Shown here: one piece after another, positions 11,981-22,858 of the stretch | Numbering within the stretch: the stretch's first letter is position 1 | Layout: every line of letters starts with the position of its first letter | DNA from: Minutocellus sp. GHC0000111 | Taxonomy: Eukaryota | DNA: 64,000 nt | NCBI GenBank assembly: GCA_977018835.1 | Contig: OZ361256.1 | Span: 4,650,001-4,714,000 of the forward strand | Reading direction: 5' to 3' | The notes under the pieces: model-generated | Database searches by the model: none | Seen by the model: the letters and a program-made list of their open reading frames with translations, nothing else | What the model was told of the DNA's origin: nothing | Position numbers and translations under genes: made by a program

Positions 11981-14218
11981 ATGCAGTTCTCCGCAACGAG
12001 CATCATCATCGGTGCCGCCATCATCGGCATCGTCTGGGGCCTCCTGCAGTTCCTGGTCATCGCCCGGATCCCCGTCAAGTCCGAGGCCGTCGATGAGGGA
12101 TCGTCCCTCGTCTCCGGCGCCAACGACGAGGCCACCACCCGCCGTCTCATCGAGATCTACGAGGCCATCTACGAGGGTGCCGAGTCCTTCCTCAAGGCCG
12201 AGTACACCGTCTGCGCTTACTTCATTGTGGTCTTCGGCGCTGTCATTTTCGTCCTGGTTTCCTGGGGCACCGGATGGGACTTTGCCCGTGGTCTCTTCAC
12301 GGCTGTGTCGTTCGTCCTTGGTGCCGGAACCTCCATCGTTTCCGGATACCTCGGCATGAAGGTCGCCGTCTTCTCCAACGTCCGTACCACCGCCGCCGCC
12401 CAGAAGCCCGGCTGGACCGCCTGCTTCAACACCGCCTTCCGCGCCGGTGCCGTCATGGGCTTCGCCCTCTGCGGTCTGGGCATTCTCATGCTCTACCTCA
12501 CCGCTCTGGCCTTCCGTGTCCACTACCCCGTCGCCGATGACTGGATCTACCTGACCGAGTCTCTTACCGGATACGGCCTCGGTGGTTCCTCCATTGCCAT
12601 GTTCGGACGTGTCGGTGGTGGTATCTACACCAAGGCCGCCGACGTCGGTGCCGATCTCGTCGGCAAGGTCGTCCACGGCATCCCCGAGGACGATCCCCGC
12701 AACCCCGCCACCATTGCCGACAACGTCGGTGACAACGTCGGTGACGTCGCCGGTATGGGTTCCGATCTCTTTGGCTCCTTCGCCGAGGCCACTTGCGCTG
12801 CCCTCGTCATCGGCTCTTCCATCGGCCTCACCGGTGGTTGGGATGCCATGGTCTTCCCCATCATTGTGTCGGCCGTCGGTATCGCCGTCTGCCTCGTCTG
12901 CTCCTTCTTGGCCACTCACATCCTCCCCGTCAAGACCGAGGCCGGCGTTGAGAACGCCCTCAAGCTTCAGCTCATCTCCACCACCGTCCTCATGATCCCC
13001 GCCGTCTACGGTGCCGCCGTCGGTTTCCTTCCCCCCGCCTTCGAGCTCAAGGCTGCCGTCGGTATTGACAAGACTCTTACTCTCAGCCCCTGGGAGGCCG
13101 CTGTTTGCGTCATCATGGGTGCCGTCGGTGGTCTCGTGATTGGTCTCCTCACCGAGTACTTCACCTCCCACTCTTACAAGCCCGTCCGTGAGGTTGCCAA
13201 CTCGTGCAAGACCGGTGCCGCCACCAACATCATCTACGGCATTGCCCTCGGATACAAGTCCGTCATCATCCCCGTCATCGTCCTTGCCCTTGTCGTCTAT
13301 GGTTCCTTCACCCTCTGCGACATGTATGGTGTCGCCCTTGCCGCCATTGGCTTCCTTTCCAACCTCGCCACCGGCCTTACCATCGATGTTTACGGACCTG
13401 TCTGTGACAACGCCGGAGGTATTGCCGAGATGGCCGAGCTCGACCCCGCCGTCCGTGAGAAGACCGATGCCCTCGATGCCGCCGGTAACACCACCGCCGC
13501 CATCGGCAAGGGTTTCGCCATCGGATCCGCCGCCCTTGTGTCGTTGGCTCTGTTCGGTGCCTTCGTCACCCGCATCCGTCACTCTTCGGATGATGCCCTC
13601 TTCTCTCTTGGTGTCAACATGCTCGAGCCTCTGACCTTCGCCTTCCTCATCATCGGTGGTATGATCCCCTTTGCCTTTGCCGCCATGACCATGAAGTCTG
13701 TCGGTGAGGCCGCCATGGCCATGGTTATGGAGGTTCAGCGCCAGTTTGATGAGAAGCCCCACCTTCTCGATGCCAACCCCACCGAGCGTCCCGACTACGA
13801 TGCCTGCATTGCCATCTCCACCAAGGCCTCCCTGCGAGAGATGGTCCCCCCTGGTATCATGGTTATGGGCACTCCCCTCCTCACCGGTATCTTCTTCGGC
13901 GTTACTGCCGTTTCCGGTCTTCTCGTCGGATCTCTCATCGCCTCTGTGCAGCTGGCCATCTCCATGTCCAACTCCGGTGGTGCCTGGGACAATGCCAAGA
14001 AGTACATTGAGAAGGCCTCCCCGGATTCCGAGCTCAAGGGCAAGGGATCCGACATCCACAAGGCCGCCGTTGTTGGTGACACCGTCGGTGATCCGTTCAA
14101 GGACACCTCCGGTCCTGCTCTCAACATTGTCATGAAGCTCATGGCCGTCCTCTCGCTTGTCTTTGCCGATACCTTCTACGCGGTGAATGCCGGACGTGGA
14201 GTTTTCAATCTCAGCTAA
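11981..14218 (+). CDS. V-type H+-translocating inorganic pyrophosphatase, K+-dependent type
   Basis: GGGIYTKAADVGADLVGK, EDDPRNPATIADNVGDNVGD, DNAGGIAEM, GNTTAAIGKG (Ala at the K+-determining site), GGAWDNAKK, GDTVGDPFKDTSGP. Many TM helices and strong codon bias. Start at caaaaATG 11981. Confidence 0.97.
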   Translation: MQFSATSIIIGAAIIGIVWGLLQFLVIARIPVKSEAVDEGSSLVSGANDEATTRRLIEIYEAIYEGAESFLKAEYTVCAYFIVVFGAVIFVLVSWGTGWDFARGLFTAVSFVLGAGTSIVSGYLGMKVAVFSNVRTTAAAQKPGWTACFNTAFRAGAVMGFALCGLGILMLYLTALAFRVHYPVADDWIYLTESLTGYGLGGSSIAMFGRVGGGIYTKAADVGADLVGKVVHGIPEDDPRNPATIADNVGDNVGDVAGMGSDLFGSFAEATCAALVIGSSIGLTGGWDAMVFPIIVSAVGIAVCLVCSFLATHILPVKTEAGVENALKLQLISTTVLMIPAVYGAAVGFLPPAFELKAAVGIDKTLTLSPWEAAVCVIMGAVGGLVIGLLTEYFTSHSYKPVREVANSCKTGAATNIIYGIALGYKSVIIPVIVLALVVYGSFTLCDMYGVALAAIGFLSNLATGLTIDVYGPVCDNAGGIAEMAELDPAVREKTDALDAAGNTTAAIGKGFAIGSAALVSLALFGAFVTRIRHSSDDALFSLGVNMLEPLTFAFLIIGGMIPFAFAAMTMKSVGEAAMAMVMEVQRQFDEKPHLLDANPTERPDYDACIAISTKASLREMVPPGIMVMGTPLLTGIFFGVTAVSGLLVGSLIASVQLAISMSNSGGAWDNAKKYIEKASPDSELKGKGSDIHKAAVVGDTVGDPFKDTSGPALNIVMKLMAVLSLVFADTFYAVNAGRGVFNLS

Positions 14219-14382
14219 GATGTTAGTAACTTGTCGTTGAAGGTTAGACATACCCTTCCAACGATTCTCACACAAGTGCGAAGAAAATAAAGAGCTAATG
14301 ATCTTTGTTGCGTACAATAATGATTCTAATTTTGTACATGGAATATATTCTTCTACTGAACCCACCAGTCGCACAATCCCAC

Positions 14383-15075
14383 TTATTCCTCCAGAATGTT
14401 GGTCTCGAAGTCGAAGTCATCGAACACGGCATCAAACACAGAGGCAGCGGCGGCATCGAGGGTATTGGTCTCGAAGTCGAAGTCATCGAACACGGCATCA
14501 AATACAGAGGCGGCGGCGGCAGCGGTGGCGGCGGCATCGAGAGAATCAATAATATCAATCTGATCATTGGGGATTGGATTATGCGATGAGTGTGATACAT
14601 GTAGCAGATCCCTGACAATGCGGGGTATCTCTTCATTTGCCTCGCATTGCTCCAGTATTTCGTCAGCATCATCGGGGTGGAAACGATTGCGTACCAGCGC
14701 CTTCAGCATCACATTCTCACGATGCATGTCCGTGACATTCTGTTGTAGAGACTCGAATTCCAATCTCTGTTCGAGCCGCTTCCGTCGAGCGAGTATGCGC
14801 GCCCGCTTTCGGCGTTTCTCTGCTGCCTCTTGGCGAGCAAGGGTGCGTTTTTCCTCTTGGCGTCTCATCAGAGCTTCTTGTTCTTTCTGCCGATCAAGGA
14901 TACATTCTTCCTCTTGGCATCTTTTCGGAGCTTCTTTCTGGCCACGAGCACCACCCCTCGAGCGTTTTGGCTGTCCTTGGTATGATGCAAGTTCTTCATC
15001 GTCATAGTCATTATTTTTGCGTTTGCGCCCCTTGCGTTTGCGCCCCTTGCCCGACTCATTGGCCGGCGAGGACAT
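14383..15075 (-). CDS. bZIP-like transcription factor with acidic C-terminal tail
   Basis: Basic region EKRRKRARILARRKR followed by heptads LEFESLQQNVTDMHRENVMLKALV; NLS-like KGRKRKGRKRK; duplicated acidic/Phe tail. The usual basic-region Asn is absent. Confidence 0.65.
   Translation of the reverse strand: MSSPANESGKGRKRKGRKRKNNDYDDEELASYQGQPKRSRGGARGQKEAPKRCQEEECILDRQKEQEALMRRQEEKRTLARQEAAEKRRKRARILARRKRLEQRLEFESLQQNVTDMHRENVMLKALVRNRFHPDDADEILEQCEANEEIPRIVRDLLHVSHSSHNPIPNDQIDIIDSLDAAATAAAAASVFDAVFDDFDFETNTLDAAAASVFDAVFDDFDFETNILEE
14399..14541. repeat. 66-bp in-frame tandem duplication in the bZIP tail
   Basis: ggtctcgaagtcgaagtcatcgaacacggcatcaaa at 14401 and 14467; encodes AAAASVFDAVFDDFDFETN twice. 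Confidence 0.9.
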
Positions 15076-15930
15076 CGTGCTGGAGGCCTTGGCTGATGAG
15101 GACGAGCAACTTTTGACAGGGTTTCTGCTACGCCCTGTGAATTCCCACCGGCCAAAGCTGCATTGGAAGGAGTTGAACGATTCGGAGGGGATGGTGTTGG
15201 CCGAGCAAGGCGGGGCGGCGGTGACATCCGATGTGAGTTGGTTGGTGTTGCGCCGGTGACGCTGTTTCGAGACGAATCCTCGGCGGCGCCGTCCTCGGCG
15301 CGATCCACGGGGACCGAGGCCGGTGCCTCGATATCTCCATCCATTAATAACAAATCTTTTGGCAACCACGGGCGACGGGGGTGTCAGGGCGAGGAAGCGA
15401 GTAGATTCGAAGATCGGCAGCAGCACGGAGCTTGCTGGCGGACAAGATGCTCGTGCCAGGAGCATCCTCCGCCGTCATCCGCCAGTGGCGGAAAAGCCAC
15501 CCGGCCAACCGACCAAATTCGGCCACCACCCTCATTTTTTCGCTGTCACGGAGACAGCTGCCGAGCCAGAGAGCTGCAACTCAGGCCAAATAATACATGC
15601 ATGATATTCGGATGCATTCGGTGGATATCTGTCGTGGCAGGCCTGCCACCTCAATTGTGACTTTTGATGCCGAAAGTGAAAAAATGAAGGCGGAAGCAGG
15701 CCAGACGTCCGCCAGCGAAAAGATGGCTGCGAGGTACGACGCCTTGGGTAATTGCAAGCATGCATGCATACTTCGAAAATCCAAGTCGACGTTTTGCAAG
15801 TTGAGCCGAAATCTTCTCGAAGATACGCCGCCTTGACGCTTGACCGGCCGGTTGACTTCACTTTTGGCTCGAAGGAAGCCACTTTTTGCGCAAACGCAAC
15901 AACCCCAAGACATCCACCCAACTTTCAACC

Positions 15931-16566
15931 ATGTTCAAGCTCGCCGCCCTCGCCCTTATCGGCTCTGCCGCTGCCTTCTCTCCTGCCCAGACCGGCAAGG
16001 CCTCCACCGCCCTCAAGGCCTTCGAGTCTGAGCTCGGCGCCCAGCCCCCTCTAGGCTTCTTCGACCCCCTCGGCCTCCTCGAGGATGCCGACCAGGAGCG
16101 CTTCGACCGCCTCCGTTACGTCGAGGTCAAGCACGGCCGCATCTGTATGCTTGCCTTCCTCGGCCAGATCACCACCCGTGCCGGCATCCACCTCGATGGC
16201 GCCATCAACAACGCCGGTGATTCCTTCGACTCCTTCCCCAACGGCCTCGCCGCCATCCAGGGCCCCAGCGCCATCCCCCAGGAGGGCCTTCTCCAGATCG
16301 TCGCCTTCGTCGGCGCTCTCGAGCTCTTCGTCATGAAGGACTCCGCCAACGGTGCCGAGCCCGGTGAATTCCCCGGTGACTTCCGCAACGGTGCCCTCGA
16401 CTTCGGCTGGGACACCTTCGATGAGGAGACCAAGCTCGCCAAGCGCGCCATCGAGCTCAACAACGGCCGTGCCGCCATGATGGGCATCCTCGGCCTCATG
16501 GTCCACGAGAAGCTCAACGAGATCGACATGGTTGCCGACCTCCCCATCATCGGTGCCCTTCAGTAA
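15931..16566 (+). CDS. Fucoxanthin-chlorophyll a/c binding protein (Lhcf)
   Basis: Bipartite signal MFKLAALALIGSAAAF-SP; FESELGAQPPLGFFDPLGL, RLRYVEVKHGRICMLA, ELNNGRAAMMGILGLMVHE. Confidence 0.97.
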   Translation: MFKLAALALIGSAAAFSPAQTGKASTALKAFESELGAQPPLGFFDPLGLLEDADQERFDRLRYVEVKHGRICMLAFLGQITTRAGIHLDGAINNAGDSFDSFPNGLAAIQGPSAIPQEGLLQIVAFVGALELFVMKDSANGAEPGEFPGDFRNGALDFGWDTFDEETKLAKRAIELNNGRAAMMGILGLMVHEKLNEIDMVADLPIIGALQ

Positions 16567-17130
16567 ACAGTCGGTCGGTATCTACCTACTGATCTGATTT
16601 ACAATTGTCGACACCAATGACAATATTCTACTTATATCTACATACCAAACCAACCAACCCATACTGAAGAAGTATGATCTAAGGGATTATATCAAATTGC
16701 TTTATTGATTACCCACACCAACCCCCGCTCGTGAGCCTCCCTACCAAGTGCTGGAACGGTTGCTCGTCATTGGGCACTTAATTCCGAGGGAAGAGGTAGT
16801 TTACTCTCCTCTTCTCTTGTGAGATGTTCGATTTTAGCTCTTTCTCATAATTTTTTTTATTAGTAAGAATACTTTGGCATGTCAACAACAACATTCTAGA
16901 ACTACGTAGCTGCGTATAAAGTATTCATTTAGCATTTGTTTGCAGCCTTTTGGCGTAGTTTGTTCTCGCGTCTTCGTCTTGGCCATACATTGGTGCTCTT
17001 GGCGCCTTTCTGCTTTCGCGATCGCAACTTTCATTTTTATTGCTTCTCATCGGTGTCTATGGCGCAGGTTGAAGTAGAGCTAATACAAATCCTTCCTCTC
17101 CAAACTTTCGTAACCACTTGAATAGAAACC

Positions 17131-17788
17131 ATGCATAGCAAACGCCTCCTCCCTCTGCTTGCCGTCTCTCCCGTAGTGAGCGCATTCATCACATCGCCAG
17201 CGGTATCTTTTCCCCGAGATAACGCAGCACATATTGGGCTGCAAGCGCAAAGTTTTGAGTCCGAACTCGGCGCACAACCACCCCTCGGCTTCTTCGACCC
17301 TCTCGGTCTCCTTGAGGAGGCCGACCAGGAACGCTTCGATCGTCTACTATACGTCGAGCTCAAGCATGGTCGGATATCGATGCTTGAGTCACGTGACGAC
17401 GTCGGCCGGCGTTCGCCTTCCAGGCAATATCGATCTCGATGGCACACCGTTTGAATCCATCCCCACCGGCATCGCGGCACTTACCAAGATACCAGGAGCT
17501 GGTTTCGTCCAAATTCTAGCCTTTGTCGGTCTATTGGAATTGAGCGTGATGAAAGATGTGACTGGTGAAGCCGAGTTTCCTGGTGATTTCCGCAACGGAT
17601 ACATTGATTTCGGCTGGGACACCTTCGATGAGGATACCAAGCTGCAAAAGAGAGCAATTGAGCTGAACAACGGCCGTGCCGCCATGATGGGCATATTAGC
17701 CCTCATGGTTCATGAAAAACTTGACAACAACCCTTATATTATCAACTATCTTCTGGGATTCCCTGTAGACTTCAATGCTGGTTTGTAA
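17131..17788 (+). pseudogene. Second Lhcf gene with a frameshifting deletion in helix 1
   Basis: Same Lhcf motifs. After ELKHGRISML the frame shifts at ~17386 to HVTT...GVRLPGNID, and the A-x-x-G residues between them are missing. Confidence 0.88.
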
Positions 17789-17967
17789 TACTCAAGTTTG
17801 CTGCATCTTGGGGTCACATAAGTCAGTGCATGGCTCATCTCGTCATGTGGCCATTCTTTCATCAAAATACAGTTCCTTGCACCAACCATATCTTGCATTT
17901 CGCATTTTTCGGAGATAGATAAAGCCAATGCCATACATGAGCTAACTTCTTTGAACTATTAGTGCAA

Positions 17968-19268
17968 TTAAGCTTTAGCTGCTAATATTCGTTCGCCTTC
18001 GTAACCAGCGGGGAAAACAATGCTTCCATTGAAGCAACGGCCCTTCTCTAAGGGTCTCCCCCCTCGTCCAAGAAGAGCTTTGCCACGGATAGGCCAGACG
18101 CGGCAGACAACACGCCCAATAACAAGTCCAGCTGGGATTGGCCCATATGATCTGGAGTCAACAGAATCGAGGGAGTTATCTCCCTCAAGCCATATGTGAC
18201 CATCCGGCACTATTCGTATTTGATTTTGTGTGAAGGGGACATTGCCCTCAAAGGACGTCGTGGGCCACGTCGATGGCTTTCCTCGATTGCTGGCCAACAT
18301 ATTTTCCATCGCAACCTCTGCCTTCTTGCGCACCACTGCCTCGGTTAGGTTACGTGATTCTGCTCCTCTTGGCATGACAACAATATCTCCAGGTAGTCCT
18401 AATATGCGCTTGCAAACGGAGGCCTGTGAACCACGACAACATCACCAACTGCCAAGGGCGATGTCACTTGTTTCCAGAGAGCCCCATAGGTTGAGTTGGA
18501 TGGGTGGGACACTTCGAGAGGCCGTGCTTTGTGCCATATTGGCTCATTGCAAATATTGTCATTTTCCTCATTATTTTCCTTTGCACCCTTATCCCTTTCT
18601 CCGACTTGCATCGAATGGCGATACGATGGAGAAGTTTCCCATTCTATCTGCCTCAACCTAGCCAACCGCGATCTTTCCTGCCCTTTGTCTCCATCTTCCA
18701 AGCCTCGAATCCGATATGAAAATCGCTCCATCAGTATGATTTCTCCTCTCTTTTTTATTGTTGGCATCATAGACGGTCCCTCCGTGTGCGTGAGCCGGAA
18801 AAAATATTCGTCAAAACAGTGCGCAATGCCCATTCCAATAACTATGCGCATGAGAGTTTCTGACCAAAAGAGTACATCGTCTTTGGTTGAAGGCTGTGGC
18901 ATATTTGGTGGTAAGGGTAACTCCTTGCTTGGTTCTGTCATCTTTGTATTGCCGGGCGATTCACCTGTTCTCTGTCCCTTACCATGCTCTGATCGCCGCA
19001 TCGCCGTTGCTGAATAATTTCGAGGCCTACTAGAAGAGCTCAGAGACACCCCAGCAAGTGGCTTGCGCTGTGCCGAGATGCGAAGTTTGAAGTTCATGCT
19101 GGAGTAAGCTCGTGCAATTCCCAATTGGTTATTATATTGACGAGAGTTCACCTCGTGCTGGTTTGAGACACGAGCATGATGCGTTGAGCAGAGACGACGT
19201 TGCTGCTGACCACACACGCGCAATTCAGGTGCCAAAACAGTCACCAGACGCCACGGTGCATTCATCAC
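17968..19268 (-). pseudogene. IMP1: Mitochondrial inner membrane peptidase subunit 1 (S26 family), frameshifted
   Basis: EGPSMMPT (catalytic Ser), VCKRILGLPGD (catalytic Lys), VPDGHIWLEGDN..DSVDSRSYGPIP. Frameshifting deletion at ~18423 between GDVVVVH and SVCKR. Arg/Ser-rich transit-like N-terminus. Confidence 0.8.
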
Positions 19269-19549
19269 ACCACACTGCTCTTGCGTTATGCTGCTATTGG
19301 CATGCCGGCCGGTTGGTCACCGGCTGCTCACATACTCTAGAAGTACAGCATGGAGGCAGTCAGACAGTCAGCCTTGCGGTGTAACCATTGTAGCGTAGAC
19401 TGGTAGTCACGTTAAGTGTGGGCAAAAGGGTCAGGTCCAAATCAAGAGCTCCGCCAGTCAACCAAGACAAAACTCAAATGAATCTTCCAAAAACAAACCA
19501 AGAACATGCATGGTATAACCAAGAGGTACTTTAGGATTTAATTTTGCCG

Positions 19550-19979
19550 TTAGCTACCGGTACTGATAGGAGTAGGAGAGGGATTATCAATGAGCCAAAA
19601 GGTCAAAGTGCCATCCATTTCAATTTCATTCGAGGGTTGAAGTGCCTTCGCAGTTCCAGCCGCGACCATGTCAGGTAGCTTGTTCGAATCGGCTGCGACT
19701 GAACCCTCCCCAAACCAAACTGTTATATGAGGATACTTGTTTTGTGACGCGGGTAATGGAACTGGGGCCTCACCATCAACAGTGCTAGGCAGAACAACCG
19801 AGAGGGCAATGTTGCTCTCGCCAAAGAGACACGCTGAAACCTTGAGCTTGACTTTCTTGTTGACGACCGTGCCAAACCGAGAACGCATTTCGATCTGCGA
19901 CAGCTGACTGCCGGCATATTGTATTCCATGGCTACCCTCATTTGCGTACTCCTTGTGGCCACCATGAGCGAGGTGATAC
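19550..19979 (-). pseudogene. C-terminal 2H cyclic phosphodiesterase domain of a plant/fungal-type tRNA ligase, 5'-truncated
   Basis: SQNKYPHITVWFGEGSVAADSNKLPDMV..GTA......IEMDGTLTFW resembles the plant RNL C-terminus (second HxT motif). A damaged first H(I)TLAH motif lies at ~19965-19979. No ligase or kinase domains upstream. Confidence 0.6.
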
Positions 19980-20410
19980 CCAACATCTATGGAGAAGATG
20001 CCGAAGACATGCGCATATTCGTCGTTGCCCTTGCCCCTCTTATCATGGTCCTCGTAGGGATGGGGGCCTGGGCAGTGAGCAGAGATGAGTTCGAGCGACT
20101 GCTCCAATTCGGAGGTCAGGCTGCCGTTCATCCCATGAGGCTGCGCCTCGAGCGCCTTGGTTGGAATGCCGTTGAGACCAAGGGTGTAACGACTATTCCC
20201 ATGTTTGGGGAAGTGCGATGTGCTCCACTGAACAAGGCAACTACGGGCGGAGCCGGATCCTGTGCGTGCTGTTCTTGTTACCCATACGAAGATGAGGACG
20301 ACCTTCCTCTTCATGGCGTGGATCATGGCCGGTATATACCCTCGGTGCCTTCCCAGATATCAGCTCGGACGGGAGAGACCGCCGCTCAACCGCCACATGC
20401 AATAGCATGA
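19973..20410 (+). pseudogene. 3' fragment of an unknown membrane-protein gene
   Basis: Protein-like frame with TM segment IFVVALAPLIMVLVGMGAW and Cys-rich CACCSC, ending at a stop convergent with the next gene. No convincing start of its own. Confidence 0.4.
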
Positions 20411-20544
20411 TGCATCGTAGATCTAGATCTACCGTACCTTCTGTAATCAAAAACGATTTTTGGTTGCTTGCTACTACTCATACTGTAACAAAACTCTCAA
20501 ATACTACATTGTACCGGTACATAGTAGATCTAGCTAGAGATCTT

Positions 20545-21636
20545 CTATTGCATCATTTCATGGGTGAAGCTTCCAGCACATCCACCGCTGCCGCCTCCAC
20601 CACTCAGCACAATGGGCTCATCCCACGGAGTCGGCGGGGCAACATCGGCAACGAATCCAGCCGAGCATCGCTGCCGGAGCATATCCAACAGTGCAACGGC
20701 CTTTCGATGCAGCTCCAGCTTGGTTTCCGTGGGCGGATGAGCCGCCAGCAGATACTCCTCTTGCTGCTCAGAGGCATCCATGGCCGGCAGCATCGCCTTG
20801 TCAAATCCCAACACCCTGAGAAAGTCCAGCACGCACCAATGCTCCCCAATGTGCTTTCGGACGGTACCGTTGGCCAACCGTAGCTTGCGATACTTGACCT
20901 CGTCGGGATGCTGGACAACATTGGACACGACCTTGTGCAACAGTTCCAACACCTTGATGCTGTCCTGTCGCGACTGACCCAGCACAATCTGCCGATCGAT
21001 CCACGACGACGATACCACCAGCGCATCATGCATGGTTGGATCCGAAAGCACCACCTCCAGGATGAAGGTGGGATCTGGTTGTTGGCCGAATGTAGCAGTA
21101 GCAGTACCAGCAGTCGAGGGATCATTGTCCCCCTCCCCGTCGTGGATCTGCACGCAGTGATTGGAACCGCTGGGCAGCGATCGCTTCGGTCGGTAGGCAC
21201 CCACCGCCGCCTCGGTTTCGTGGCTGCCGAACAAATCTTCCTCTCCATGCTGCACAACGGCCGAGATGGCAAATACATGCCCAGGCGTGGTGGATTGGAC
21301 GAGATCTTGGCCCGGGGCCAGGGTCCAAATGTGCGACGGACGGGGGTGACCGTCGGCATCGATCCAGCGAATGAGGACGAAGGAGGAGGAATAGTTGAGG
21401 AATTGGATGCCGGTGCGGTCGTGGCCGTCGCGATTATCTGCGTAGCCGTAGGTGATCGAGCAGAGTTTGGTGGCGGCGTTTGTGAGATCGGCTCCCTCCA
21501 AGGAAGAGGATTGGGCCTGGGATGCCTTCAGGACGGACGGTGCGTCGATCATCTCGCCGTAGAGACCATCGCTCTGGTCGTAGATGGTCACCTTGGCGGC
21601 CGTTGTGGGGAGATCGGGGGCAAGCTGGTTCGCCAT
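20545..21636 (-). CDS. VHL-beta-like domain plus PUB domain protein
   Basis: IQFLNYSSSFVLIRWIDADG....WTLAPGQ..VQSTTPGHVF resembles the VHL beta domain; LLHKVVSNVVQHPDEVKYRKLRLAN....FLRVLGF is a PUB domain. Confidence 0.75.
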   Translation of the reverse strand: MANQLAPDLPTTAAKVTIYDQSDGLYGEMIDAPSVLKASQAQSSSLEGADLTNAATKLCSITYGYADNRDGHDRTGIQFLNYSSSFVLIRWIDADGHPRPSHIWTLAPGQDLVQSTTPGHVFAISAVVQHGEEDLFGSHETEAAVGAYRPKRSLPSGSNHCVQIHDGEGDNDPSTAGTATATFGQQPDPTFILEVVLSDPTMHDALVVSSSWIDRQIVLGQSRQDSIKVLELLHKVVSNVVQHPDEVKYRKLRLANGTVRKHIGEHWCVLDFLRVLGFDKAMLPAMDASEQQEEYLLAAHPPTETKLELHRKAVALLDMLRQRCSAGFVADVAPPTPWDEPIVLSGGGGSGGCAGSFTHEMMQ

Positions 21637-21931
21637 CTTGGCGAGGAGGCGGGTGGCTGGGTGGACTGACTGGTTGGAGGCAAAGTCATCAACTGATTTC
21701 AGCTGATCTTTTCAGAACCCGGAAATAATAGATCCCGTTTGCATCTTGGTCCTGATTCCCGGTTTTTGGAGAACCCGGATTCCAGAACTTCCTCGAAGGA
21801 AGGCGAGGGCACAAGAAGGATCAAGACCAACGGAGGAGCAACAGATTTCAACTCTCTTCATCTCATTATTTTACAAACCTCAACAAACCAAAGCCAAGAA
21901 TCAAAAGTCCATCTATTCAACCTACAACAAC

Positions 21932-22687
21932 ATGCCCTGCCCAAAGAAGTCCCTCATGAAAGTTGCCGCCAAGCACGCCGACAAGATCGACCCTTCGCTC
22001 ATGTCCAGCCTCAACAAGGCAGGTATTAAAGTCCCAGGTGCTTCATCTACCGGTACCAAGCCAATGCATACCGGCACTCCCAATCCAAGTTCTTTTAGCA
22101 CATCTGATGCCACTTCCTCTCCCACCTCTTCCTTCGCGCCAATCGCCCCTCGGTATGCCACCACCAACCCCACGGAGCTGTCTCTGAAAGAAAAGGCCAT
22201 GAGCTTCACGGGCGACGATGCCAAGATCAAGGATGCTGCCGGCAATGACCTGTTCCATATCAAGGCCGAACTTCTCACTTTGTCCCAGCGCCGGTACCTG
22301 GTCGATGCCAGCGGCAACCGGGTCGGCCAGCTCCGTCACAAGAAATTGGACATTGCACCCACGGTCTACATTGGAACGCCCGACAACGAGAAGAAGGTTG
22401 CGCTCAGAACCAGCGGCATGTTCAACCCAATGAATTGCAATGCCAAGATTGACGTCGATGGTGTCACCGTTGGCAAGATTCAGGGAAACTGGAGGGCCAA
22501 GAAGTTTGCCATCGTCATCAATGGTGTTGAAATCGCCACCATCGGACGCAAAAGAACTCTGTCGTCTACATTCATGGATGCCGACTCGTACAATATTTCT
22601 GTTCGTCCTCAGGGCCAGCCTGTTGATCTAGCGTTTGTATCACTCCTTGCCATCGGACTTGACGAGCTATACCATGACAAAGAATAG
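21932..22687 (+). CDS. LURP-one-related (Tubby C-like/scramblase fold) protein
   Basis: LKEKAMSFTGDDAKIKDAAGNDLF.I, RYLVDASGN, IQGNWRAKKF.I, IATIGRK, DSYNISV.P..DLAFV. Confidence 0.85.
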   Translation: MPCPKKSLMKVAAKHADKIDPSLMSSLNKAGIKVPGASSTGTKPMHTGTPNPSSFSTSDATSSPTSSFAPIAPRYATTNPTELSLKEKAMSFTGDDAKIKDAAGNDLFHIKAELLTLSQRRYLVDASGNRVGQLRHKKLDIAPTVYIGTPDNEKKVALRTSGMFNPMNCNAKIDVDGVTVGKIQGNWRAKKFAIVINGVEIATIGRKRTLSSTFMDADSYNISVRPQGQPVDLAFVSLLAIGLDELYHDKE

Positions 22688-22858
22688 AAAGTTGATTCGA
22701 TGTTTAGAGATCCGTTAGAGAATCTAGTAGTTTATAATATACATGTAATGCGTGATGCTTAGAAAGTATTCATTGGTCTCCCACAAGCTAAAGTAGAAGG
22801 ACAGGTAGTTCTCTCTCACCATTTATCGTCCACCGGCACACCTAGTCTACAGACCAGC

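Noticed and set aside
11936..14374. 812-aa antisense ORF over the H+-PPase
   Set aside because: Shadow of strong codon bias in a highly expressed gene; no motifs.
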